Below are positions 49,201 through 59,480 of a stretch of 64,000 nt of DNA, piece after piece. Location: contig JBHGNT010000013.1 in the NCBI GenBank assembly GCA_043228905.1, positions 62,001 to 126,000 on the forward strand, written 5' to 3'. The DNA is from Azolla caroliniana (Eukaryota; Plantae; Polypodiophyta). The position numbers and the translations under genes are program-made. The notes under the pieces were generated by a model, which worked only from the letters and a program-made list of their open reading frames with translations, searched no databases and was not told the origin of the DNA. Position 1 is the stretch's first letter; each line of letters opens with the position of its first letter.

Positions 49201-51718
49201 TGAGTTTGTGCATCACCTAATGATAAAGCTGCGTAAGTCATTCTCAGCCTTTCGTGACACAATTTCTCTTCTTCCCAACACACCTGATATGAATACATTT
49301 CTTGGCATGCTACAAGACAGGGCAACAAGGAAGAAAAGTGCTCAAACTTTCAATGAGACACTTCTATATGCGAAAAGTAAAGGCAAGTGGAAGCAAATTG
49401 GCAACTTCTACAACAAACCCAACCCAAGACCACCAAACAACCCAGCCTACAAGGAGTTCACCTATCATTATTGTGCCTACAAAGGTCACATTCAGCCCCA
49501 CTGTCAGAAAAAGGAAAGGGACGATGCCAAGAAATCTTCTTCTACCGAAAGTTAACCTACACCAAAATCAAACTCAGTCCACTCAGCCAAAGAAACAGTT
49601 TTCCTTGGCATTGAGGAACATTCTTCACATTTGGCTGGAACAACTACCTCAACCATTGGTGAGTGGTTAGTAGACAGTGGTGCCACTACACACATGACTT
49701 ATGACAAATCCATTTTGCATGATGTGAAGCTTAACTCCTCCCAAATCTCCATAGGAGATGCCTCAAGCATTGAGGCTTCATGTGTGGGTAATGTGTTTCT
49801 TTAACACTTCTTCAAACGATGAACCTACCGCTCTTCAAGATGTGCTACATGTGCCTCGCATATCTGCCAACTTACTTTTGGTCTACCGAACCACTAAGCA
49901 AGGTTATGGAGTTTACTTTGATAGCTCAATTCTGGAAGTCATTGACACCAACAGCCTACAAATTGTAGCTAGTGGGCACACAAGAAGGGGGTTTATATTG
50001 CTATATAGAGAGATTTGGACAATGGACTCTGAAATCAGAACATATAACTTTATCTATTAATATTAAATATATGGAAGGATTTGAGTATATGAAGTTAAAG
50101 CATAGTGCAAAACAAACATATTTGCGCATAGACCTTCAAAAGAGCAAATATGTATGTCATAATGGTTGAGGATATCTTACAAAAGACACGTCACAAATAG
50201 TACAACAATAGAATGCAAATGGAAAACTTCCTAGAAAGTCATTCTGTCATGCACTTTAAAAGAAACATCTTTTGGGATAGGCATGCTCGTAGCAATGGTA
50301 CCAATGTAGCTCAACGAAAAGATATTTTGATAAGGAATGCCATGACAAAAGCACCTTTATAACATTAGATACAGTCAAAGATAAGGAGAACCATCAAAAG
50401 TGTCTACATGCGTACAAAAGACTTGTTTAAAAGAAAGGAAAGACTATGGGAAGTTAATCTGCAATTTCTTGACACCCAAGAGAAGGCAAACAATCAAATA
50501 ATCATGATCAGTTCTCTTATGGTAAAACTATTTGGATGTATGATAAAGTGCATGAGCTGAATAGAATGATAAATACTTGTTAAATACATAGAATACATCA
50601 AATTTTTAGAATACGTAAAATGTGTGAAAATTTGAAAAATGATAATTCTAAAACGTAGAATATGTGTAGAATACTTGAGAGTATTCTAAAACATAGAATA
50701 CACGTTTTTTAACAACTATGCCTTAAACCATCTTTCACAACAGAAACCACTTTTGCTCCACCATCAAATTGTATTTAATAATTCATGGCACAAAATTACC
50801 CATAGTCAGAAGTTCATGTTTCTAGATGTAGATGTATAGGGAAAATTGCAATAGTGTCGAGTCAGTTTACATTCTATGTCGATGGTCCGTACCACATTGT
50901 CTACAATTTCCATACTTTGGAATGGGTGAAAGTACGAGAATGTGAATAAATTGCTGTCTTGGACACAGCTATTTCGGTTGGTAATTAGCTTATGAGGTTC
51001 AAATCATTTACATGTGTTTCTATACACAAGTAAATGTTCTCACCCAACTATGCCTCTGCTCGGTACATGTCAATATCTTCCACCCAATATCAATGGCTTA
51101 AGTATGTCATATTTTTGCATGCTCTTAAGCATGCATGCACTTTCATAACAAAAACAATGTGAAATTTCAGTGTTCTATCTAAAGAGTTATAATAGTGTTC
51201 CAACTTCCTATTATCATGCTTCTCATCAAGTATCTGTATTTATGAGGCATCCTTTTTTTTGGACGAGGTGAAATATGGGAGAATCAGATTAGATTACCGA
51301 TAATAATAGGAACATTGCATATTACCTCTACTTCCACCTCCAGCCTTGTATGAACACGTTCAGCTTCTTTACTTCCAGAGGATGTTTCTCTTTGAACCTT
51401 TCTGGATAAAATGAGGAGCCAAACTAGAGTTAGATCGGATAAGTATTGAGTTGAAAATGAGAAGGTAGTAAAAGATTAGCATACCTGATGGTGGACGCTG
51501 ACAGTCGGTCCCCTTTGGCAATTAGGTTGTAGCAAAACCACAGATCTTCAGGATTCTCAGGTGTAAGCTGGAAATCAAGCACTAAAGGCAGTCAGGGCCT
51601 TGCAAATTAAGGGACTATAGATGCAGAAGCGTGGGCTTCTAAGGTTCCAGTTCGGGAACGTACGTACCTTCACGATTCCGGGGCCATCCAATGTGAAGTC
51701 CCGACGTCTAAGCTTCAT
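40299..51718 (-). CDS. PELO: PELOTA / DOM34 (eRF1-family ribosome rescue factor), 16 exons, 378 aa, intact
   Basis: Exons (-): 51668-51718, 51485-51567, 51326-51401, 45775-45849, 45632-45688, 44594-44639, 44441-44516, 44231-44306, 44084-44116, 43939-44007, 43749-43855, 43588-43660, 43455-43493, 42884-42978, 40480-40586, 40299-40372 (1137 nt, phases consistent). Reads [17 protein letters not shown]...[14 protein letters not shown]...[22 protein letters not shown]...IPRKHG...AGPGFTKDQF...[10 protein letters not shown]...[32 protein letters not shown]. All introns GT-AG except one GC-AG. Confidence 0.96.
46605..47400 (+). mobile_element. Copia gag relic with local tandem duplications (PELOTA intron 3)
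   Basis: [14 protein letters not shown]...[18 protein letters not shown]...IWTRLEELY; the unit GACAGTAGCCATCTTATGCACATCAAGAAGCTT occurs four times. Confidence 0.7.
47401..47946 (+). mobile_element. Gypsy D-related relic (RNase H plus 3'-terminal motif)
   Basis: [10 protein letters not shown]..., [17 protein letters not shown]...[12 protein letters not shown], then GTGCAAGGCACTTTCCCACAGGCGTG matching 31546-31571. Confidence 0.8.
47948..49990 (+). mobile_element. Truncated copia: LTR, PBS and decayed gag-protease
   Basis: LTR about 47948-48378 ending CACA; TGGTATCAGAGC at 48379; [31 protein letters not shown]. Confidence 0.8.
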
Positions 51719-51793
51719 TGTCTGCTGCCAAAGGGCACAGGCCTCTCTCTGTTCTGGCTAGCTATGGCTACACAAGAGCTTCCAAACCTCTCT

Positions 51794-51910
51794 GTATGTA
51801 TGTTATGTATGTATGTATGTATGTTTGTATATGATGTATGCATGTATGTATGTATGTATATATGATGTATGTATGTATGTATGTATGTATGTATGTATGT
51901 ATGTATGTAT
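51794..51910. repeat. (TATG)n microsatellite upstream of the PELOTA ATG
   Basis: Imperfect TATG array seen directly. Confidence 0.9.
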
Positions 51911-52039
51911 AATTCTGTCCTACCGTTCCCCACACCTCCCTCCCTCATTCACTTTTCGAAATCCAAAGAGTCGCAACGGCCATTTCTGACTTTACCCCCC
52001 GGACCGATTACAAGAGCTTTTTTGTTGCAGTTGCAGTTG

Positions 52040-52048
52040 TTAGGGTTT
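52040..52048 (-). promoter_or_regulatory. Telo-box (AAACCCTAA) near the probable PELOTA transcription start
   Basis: Motif lies about 320 nt upstream of the ATG; telo-boxes are typical of plant translation-machinery genes. Confidence 0.45.
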
Positions 52049-52611
52049 TCGGTTTTTCCGTGCATTGATAGGAGTCAGCAACGCTTGCATTCAGTTTGGC
52101 TCGACAATGTCAAACCCAAACAATTTAAAACTGAACCGTTTAAAAACAATTGAAACTTAAACCATTAAACTATTAAAACCGCAATTTCACGATTCGATTT
52201 TGGTTTTTTAACTTAGGTCAAAAATCAATTTTTAAACTTTCAAAGATTTTTCCTAAAAATCTCATCTTCAAGCTTCAAACTTTAAAGGTTCTTTAAAAAA
52301 AATCAAGAAAATAAATTAAGAATCAATATGTCAACTCTAAACCATTTAAACCATGGTTTCAAACCATTTAACCCAGAAACCGTTAATCCAATAAACGTTC
52401 AAACCCAACCGAACCATTGACCAACCCAAAACCAAACCATTTACAAAAAATTGAACTTGAAGCAAACAGAACCTTTAAAATTGTTAAGTTGTTAATCTAC
52501 AGTTCCGTAGTTTGGTTTGGTTTAAACCGAACCATTCCCAATTGTTATGTTGCAACCTGTATGGTAATATTGTATTGCTTCTCCCTCATTAGGCTTAGCA
52601 TAGCACTTCCC

Positions 52612-54205
52612 GAGAGAAAGAAAGACAGATATATTAATGTCTTCTAAGGCCAAATTTGGCCCATGAGACAGTTGGTTTACAACAAAATGGGTATTTATCC
52701 AATCATCAGAACTAAAATAAAAGTAAAGTAAAAATAGCTTAAGCTAAAAGAGTTCTAGTAGCTTTTGGGAAAAAAAGAGTTCTAGTAGTGTACAAAACAT
52801 GGTATACTTCATAAAAAAGAAGTGACTTTGCACTAAGCCTAATTTCATTTCCACCCAAGCCTCTCGAAAAGAAGTGGGAGGTTAAAGGGTTTTGGTGTGG
52901 GTGTGACCCATGGTCCCGGTGTACAGAGTGCCCCAGCCATGGCTTCTAAGCGGTGTAGCTCACGTTCCCTTATTTTCTTTGTTGCTTTGAAACCCAACAT
53001 CCGAGGGCGTTTGGTTCTTCTTTGATTTTCTGCTTCATCAAGGAAAAGCTTGAGTGGTGCAGGTGTGTCGACATTCGTTGTCTCCCCCTGTTCCTGAAAA
53101 ACTTCATTTGTTACATGTTGGTGAACATTAGCAACAGTATTGTTAACATTTTGTAACTTATTCTCTCTATGTTGTTTTAGTCAACTCACCATCATGCCAT
53201 ACCATGAGCTAGTATAACCAAACTCATACAGTGATCGAGGAGCCTTAAAGGCTTGATGGGATATTCTATCATGTGGTTGGCTCTGTATCCTATGGATAAA
53301 GACTAAAAGTTGAAAAGGTGCCTCTACTAACATCGGGGGTAGAGTGAACTCAGCCCTAATAATGTCATGTGGTACTGTCGATTTGCTTCGGAGTTGGCGT
53401 GATAACATCGTCACCAATGGTCTCTCTAATTGCGTCCACATGAAAGATGGTAGTCTTGCATACATGAGGGAGGAAGTCACTAATGAGTCAAAGAGCCACC
53501 CTTTAGTCCGTGGCTCTTGAAAATATGCTTGATGGCATTGTCTCTCGAGGAGTGAGAGGGATGCATGTCCTCTCGTAAGTCTATCCTTCGCTGCTTGTGT
53601 CATCAAAAGTTTACCTGAGCGGGCACTAAAAGTGACTCCGAGATAGACATATGATCCAACCACCTCAACTAGGCTATGGGAGATAGTTAGGTGACACTTA
53701 GCTCTAACATGGGCCGATGTGTGGAAGATAAGGACTTTAGTTTTCCCTAGATTCATTACCAATCCTCATTGTGCGCAAAAGTCATCTAAGGCATTAAGGT
53801 GCCTTTGTCGGTCGTGTTTAGATTCAGAGAGCAAAACTATGTCATCTGCATAGAGCAAGATAGGAACCTGCGTATCCCCAAGGACTATTCTGTTGCCTCC
53901 CTTACGAGCAATAAAATTTGTGATCTCATCAATGTAGATCCCAAAAAGAGTTGGAGATACGAGGCAACCTTGTTTTAAACCAATAGTGCTAGTGAAACAA
54001 TCAGATAGGCCACCTGGGCATCGAACACACCCAGACACTTGTTCATATAGTGTGTAGATGGCCCAAACCATGTCATCTAGTATCCTCAAGCTTTTTAGCC
54101 TATCAAACAACCACTTTCTAGGGACCGTGTCAAAGGCTTTGCGGAAGTCCACAAAACAACAATATAATTTCTTCTTGCGAGCCTTAGTCTGGTCAATTAA
54201 GCATC
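52612..54205 (-). mobile_element. RTE-like LINE, RT to 3' tail, decayed; cut by an LTR at 54206
   Basis: CCFVDFRKAFDTV, GLKQGCLVSPTLF, LLYADD, NLGKTKV, YVYLG; 3' end homologous (inverted) to 58407-58925. Confidence 0.85.
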
Positions 54206-54463
54206 TGTCATGATATGACATGGGTCGAGCTCTTGACCATTAGACTATATGTTGTAATACGAAGAATATTATTTTCATTTAGGTTTTACTATAGAAAATT
54301 GATGTGTATTCCAGATTTCGCTCTAACACTATAAAAGGAGTACTCCTAAGAACACTATAAAAGGAGGCACAAGGCATTATTTCGAACTAAATCAGTTCAA
54401 TGCCAGTCTTAAGCCTCCTAGCTACTATTGTATATTCCCTTAACATAATATATATCTTTTGTT

Positions 54464-54497
<34 letters not shown>

Positions 54498-56453
54498 TCT
54501 CTCGAGAGTTCTACACCTCCCTTAGTACTAATCCTCATCTTTTAGTACTGTTCCTAACCATACTTCTTTGTCTTAGTATCGCTCCTGACAATTTGAACCG
54601 ATTTCTCTCTCCTTCTCTTCCTTTATCTTCTTACTTCTCCCTCCCTTCATACTAATCTTGTATTCCTCTGTTCTCTGATACTATGGCCATTGTTAGCGCT
54701 TAAGAATATCAATCCTTTTTCTCAGAGCTGCAATGCTTGAAAGAGAAGTTCCTTGCTTTGGAACAATAAAATCAATGGTTGTTGGGGGATCTTCAACAAA
54801 TCTCCTTAGAAAAGTAGCAGACGCAACAACAACATGGGGAACTAGTGGTATGCATGCAATAACTCGAAGCAACCTTAGTAGCGATGCAACAACAAGGACC
54901 CAATACGCAAGGGATTCATAAAGAACCCAAGATTGGCCTTCCCATGAAATTCGATGGAACGCGATTGCAGTTTAGAGGATTCCTTAATCAGGTACGATTA
55001 GTCATTGAAATGCATCCTTCTCGATATCCCACCGATGCATCATGAGTGGGACTAGTAGGCACTCAACTTAGTGGCATGGCTTTGGCATGGTTCGCCCCCC
55101 TGTTAGAAAAAAGCTCTCCCTTGTTAAATAATTTCGAAGAGTTTATTACCGAGTTAAAAGCCTGTTTTGGAGATACCAATAGTGTTAGAACAACAATCAA
55201 CAAAATCCGAAGATTGCTCCAAGATGAGCGGCCGACCTCGGCTTATGCTGCGGATTTTTGTCTTCTCGCCATCGATATTCCCTAGGATGACTAAGCACTA
55301 ATGGAGCAATTTCGTTTTGGCCTACGTAATGATGTTAAAGATTTACTCTTAACTTTCCCCGAGGAGCCAAAGTCATTGACAGAAGCAATCAGTCGTGCGG
55401 TGCAATGCGATAATCGCCTCTTCGAACGACGTTCGGAACGTAAGTTCCAAATGCCACGAACAAGATCGGAGCCCACCTACACTTCAATCGTAGCAAAGCC
55501 TTTCCCAAGGGAGTCATTCAATACGTCTCCAACAAATACTCCGACTCCAATAGAAATCGACACCACACATCGTCGTGGACCATTATCAGAAGAAGAAAAG
55601 CAGCAACGCATGGCAAATCGATTATGTCTTTATTGCAGTGAACTGGGGCATATTGCAATGACCTGCCCCCATCGGCCGAAAAGGCAGGTAAATCAAATAA
55701 CTGCTAGCACTAATAGTATTAAACCCGAGTCTATTCCTCTAGGTGTGTCTGATAGTCCTAATAACCCAAGCCTTTCAAACAAATTTGAAATCCTTAGTCA
55801 ACTAGAAGAAGAGTTAAACGATTAAGTCCAACCAAAAAAGGAGTTGTTTGGTTGGACAACCCTAGATCTGTGCAGCCCATTAGTGGTTCCATTTCCTCTA
55901 AGCAAGTTAGCAATGTGTTCTTAGCTCAAGTAATGGTTAGTACTAAAAGTACACCTCCAGTACATGTCTTAGCACTCTTAGCTTTCGGAGCCAACTCTTG
56001 CATCATGGATAGGATTTTTGCCCAAGCTCATCAGATATCCCTAAAGAAACTCCCATGTCCAGCCTCTGTAGTAGTCATTGATGGTCGTCCCATTGCTTCT
56101 GGGAATATTATAGAAGAGTCAGAACCTGTTAATATTGTCCTAGATAACTTATCGTGTGTAGTATCATTTAATATAATTAGTATCCCAGAACATCCCATTG
56201 TTTTGGGATTACCATGGTTCGAATTACATAACCCAGCCATAGATTGGAGAACAAGAGAAATACGGTGTCAACAAACCCAAGGATCTACTCATAAGATTGC
56301 AACCATTTCGCTACATCAGTTGCGTGAGGAAGGGCGCAAGGAAGAAATGTTTCTCTTCACAATATCAGTAAACCTCTCTAGTATCAATAAAGAGGAGTCC
56401 ACCGTTCAACTTCTAGAGAAGTATCGTCATTATGCCGATGTGTTCAATAAAGT
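54206..56453 (+). mobile_element. Tcn1-like chromoviral Ty3/gypsy 5' half (LTR, gag, protease)
   Basis: LTR 54206-54590 (TGTCA...TGACA). PMKFDGTR..FRGFLNQ, ALAWF, EQFRFGLR, CLYCSELGHIAMTC, IVLGLPWFELHNPAIDW. No tRNA PBS. Confidence 0.82.
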
Positions 56454-58406
56454 ACACATCGGCAATGTCCCATTCGGGAAAGAAGGCAAACAAACTTGCA
56501 TCAAGAATGTCTTGCACATGCCCACAATAACAAAGAATTTGGTCTCGGTCGGCCAAATCGTGGAGCAAGGCATGCAATTTCATAGTTGACTTATAGGTAA
56601 AGGATAGAGAGATGGTCAAATGTTCATTCTCCATTTGAACGAGGTGAAATCGTCCATGTATGGCAAAGGCCTCAAAACGGAGACAAGCACCGAGTTGTGG
56701 CACAAGAGAATCGACCACATAAACCTCCAACGGCTTCGAACGATGCAATCAAAGGGAGTCATCATCGGACTTTCGACCTTTGAGTCGACTTAGTATGCGA
56801 AGCATATCCACTTGGCAAACAACATCGAGTCCCATTCCCGAAGGTGAGCTACGTAAGCAAAGGCCTCCTCGATGTCATACATTCGAATGTATGGGGACTG
56901 TGGCTCAAACGCCGACGATCAGCGGATGTCGGTACTATGTCACCTTCATCGACGACTACTCGCACCTTCATGGTATGAGCCCGATTCGGCTCCACCCGAC
57001 CCGATCGAGGAAAAGTTGAATGTCAACTTGGAGGACGATATTTGGCCAAGTCCTTCACCAAAGGACCGTCCAAGCTCTACCGAGTTAAGTGAACCACGCG
57101 AGTGTCATGATATGGCAAGACTCGAACCCATGACCTTATGCTACATGGGTCGAGCTCTTACCATTAGACTATGAATTGTATTTTGTAGGATATTATTTTC
57201 ATTTATGCTTTATCATAGAAAATTGATGTATATTCCAGGTCCCTCGGGAACATTCTAGAAGCTTCAGGATTATTCCTAAAAACACTATAAAAGGAGGCAC
57301 AAGGCATTGTTTTGAACCAAATTGGTTCAACACCAGTCTTAAGCCTCTTAGCCGATTTGTACTTATCTTTCATATAATATAAGAGCTGTTGTCATCATCC
57401 TATTTCTCTCTCTCTCCTCTTCTCACTTCCTCTCTCTCGGGAATCTTACGTAGTCCCGTCCTCTTAGTACTAATAGTACTACTCTTCTTAGTACTAATTC
57501 CATCTCTGCTTTAGTACTATTCCTGACAGCGAGCCTTCAATAATCCCAAGGATGTCGTGGCCAAGTCTGAAATTGGACAAAGACAAAGGTAAGATGCTCA
57601 AATACGAAGATGACCACCCCAACGACAATGATTCGGATGTGTCGGCTCCCTCACTAGACAGTGAGTTTTGTGTGCCCATCATGCGGACACCCGGAGTAAA
57701 GAAGGCACTCACATCGGCAAGCGAAAAACTTCAACAATCATCTACAGAGAAGAACCTCGTTACTCGGCTCGGCTACAACGTGTGTATGGCCCATCATTAT
57801 GGTTTCACGATGAAGGTAGCGGCCGAACAAGAGCCCGAGAGCTCCGGAAGTGGCTCGTGACCCACAATGGGTGCAAGCACTCGTCCTTTGACCATTTAGC
57901 ACTACAAGCCTTTGTCACTGGCTTGAGGAGGAGGAATCGAAAATGCCGATGCCGAAAGCCGAACAGAAGCCGACATCGAAAGCCGGATAACATCGAAACC
58001 AAAACCGGATGTTGGATGCATCATAGTTGAGCTTGAGGGGGCGTGTTGAGATATCAAGTTCAACTAGATTTAGTTAGTTAGTCAACACATGTAACTTAGT
58101 AGTTACCTAGATAGAATCTAGATCCTCCACTCCCATGTTCATTTAATATAGGACTTACACCTTTGTACCTATATTCTACTCACACATGTGCACCTTTGCA
58201 CATGAGATGTATATATACCTCATTGTGGGTATTTTTGTATTTTGATGATGCTAATTAATAAAGAGGAAAGGTCTTTAGCTACACTCTTGTTAATCATCCC
58301 CCATTTACATTATTGAGTGTATCTTCCTCTCTCTCGGGAATCTAAAACAACACAGGGAGGATAAATTACAAAGTGTTAATCATAACCCTTTTACTACTCA
58401 TCAACA
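56454..58406 (+). mobile_element. Deleted copia relic (Copia A-like) with PPT and 3' LTR 58044-58406
   Basis: NVLHMPTITKNLVSVGQ, LWHKRI, YYVTFIDDYS; TTGAGGGGGCG followed by TGTTGA...TCAACA. Confidence 0.78.
57103..57528 (+). repeat. Solo LTR of the Tcn1-like family
   Basis: Homologous to 54206-54590; TSD GCGAG at 57098-57102 and 57529-57533. Confidence 0.9.
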
Positions 58407-58925
58407 TGTACCTAGTGTAATTTTTCAGGAACATGGGGAGACGATGAATGTGGATACACTTATGCCGCTCGGCCTCTCCCTTGAGGAAGCAGAAATACAA
58501 AGAGCAACCAAACGTCCTCGGATGTTGGGCTTCAACACAAGTCAACGTGGAGTAGAAAAGATTAAGAAGATAAGGGAACGTGAGCTACGTCGACTCGAAG
58601 CTATGGTTGGGGTACCTCTTACATGGGGACCACGGGCCACATCCACATGGCAACCCTTTGACCCCCCGCTTCTCTTCGAGAGACTTGGATGGAAATGAAA
58701 TTAGGCCTAGTATAGAATCATTCTCATTGTAGAACATGTTTTTTATATAGAACATGTTTGTTGTTTTCTTAGAACTATTTAGCTTAAACTCTATTTTATC
58801 TTATTTTTATTTTTACTTTCGATGAATGGGTAAATATCCCATTTTTGTTGTACACCATTTGTCTCATGGGCCAATTTTGGCCTTAGAAGACGTTAATATA
58901 TCTTTCTTTCTTTCTTTCTTTCTCT
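58407..58925 (+). mobile_element. RTE-like LINE 3' end with (TTTC)n tail
   Basis: Inverted homologue of 52612-53115; terminal ORF ending FERLGWK*. Confidence 0.8.
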
Positions 58926-58966
58926 CCCTCTCCCTTATTCTCTTTTTTTTTTTATCGTAATTAGCT

Positions 58967-59145
58967 TACCCTAGTGGTAAGTCGATAACACTACAAGCAT
59001 TGTGTCTTGGGTTCAAAACCCAATTTCCTCACCTTTGTATTATATACTTCATATATATCTCTATTTCACTAGATGCCATTGTGGAATGTAGAGGTTGAAC
59101 CCATGACCACCTGGTCTCCATTGGGCAACCTTATCAACTGAGCTA
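58967..59145. other. Two convergent tRNA-derived (SINE-head-like) A/B-box modules
   Basis: (+) TACCCTAGTGG at 58967 with GGTTCAAAACC at 59010; (-) TAGCTCAGTTG from 59145 with GGTTCAACCTC from 59101; tRNA-like 43-44 nt spacing. Confidence 0.55.
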
Positions 59146-59154
59146 CATCCCTTG

Positions 59155-59213
<59 letters not shown>

Positions 59214-59480
59214 GTCTGTCATCGTCACTATCTGTAGCCATCGTCGTTGTCGTCGTTGTCGTCATTTGTTGTTGTTGTCCCTCACCGTTGTTTGGTTTGT
59301 GGCACAGTTGCCCTTGTCGACCGTCGTTATCACCTACACCTCTTACAACGTCGTCGGTTGCGTAGACGAGAGAGTACAAATGTACTTCTACACTTGTACC
59401 TAGCGCGCAAGACATCGATGCTCGACTAAGTTTTTCTGTCCTTTTTTACTTTTTCTTTCTTTTATCTTTTGAATTACAAC

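Noticed and set aside
40299-51718. Functional link between PELOTA and the stop-containing retroelements nearby
   Set aside because: Only proximity supports it; C-to-T decay explains the stops.
52086-52545. AAACC/GGTTT-rich stretch as a MITE (similar stretch at about 38550-38720)
   Set aside because: Termini and TSD could not be defined by eye.
54206-57528. LTRs at 54206-54590 and 57103-57528 as one intact element
   Set aside because: The second LTR has its own GCGAG TSD inside copia sequence, so it is a solo LTR; the outer flanks GCATC and GCGAG do not match.
52610-58925. Inverted repeats as TIRs of a DNA transposon
   Set aside because: They are LINE 3' ends with microsatellite tails; no transposase or TSD was seen.
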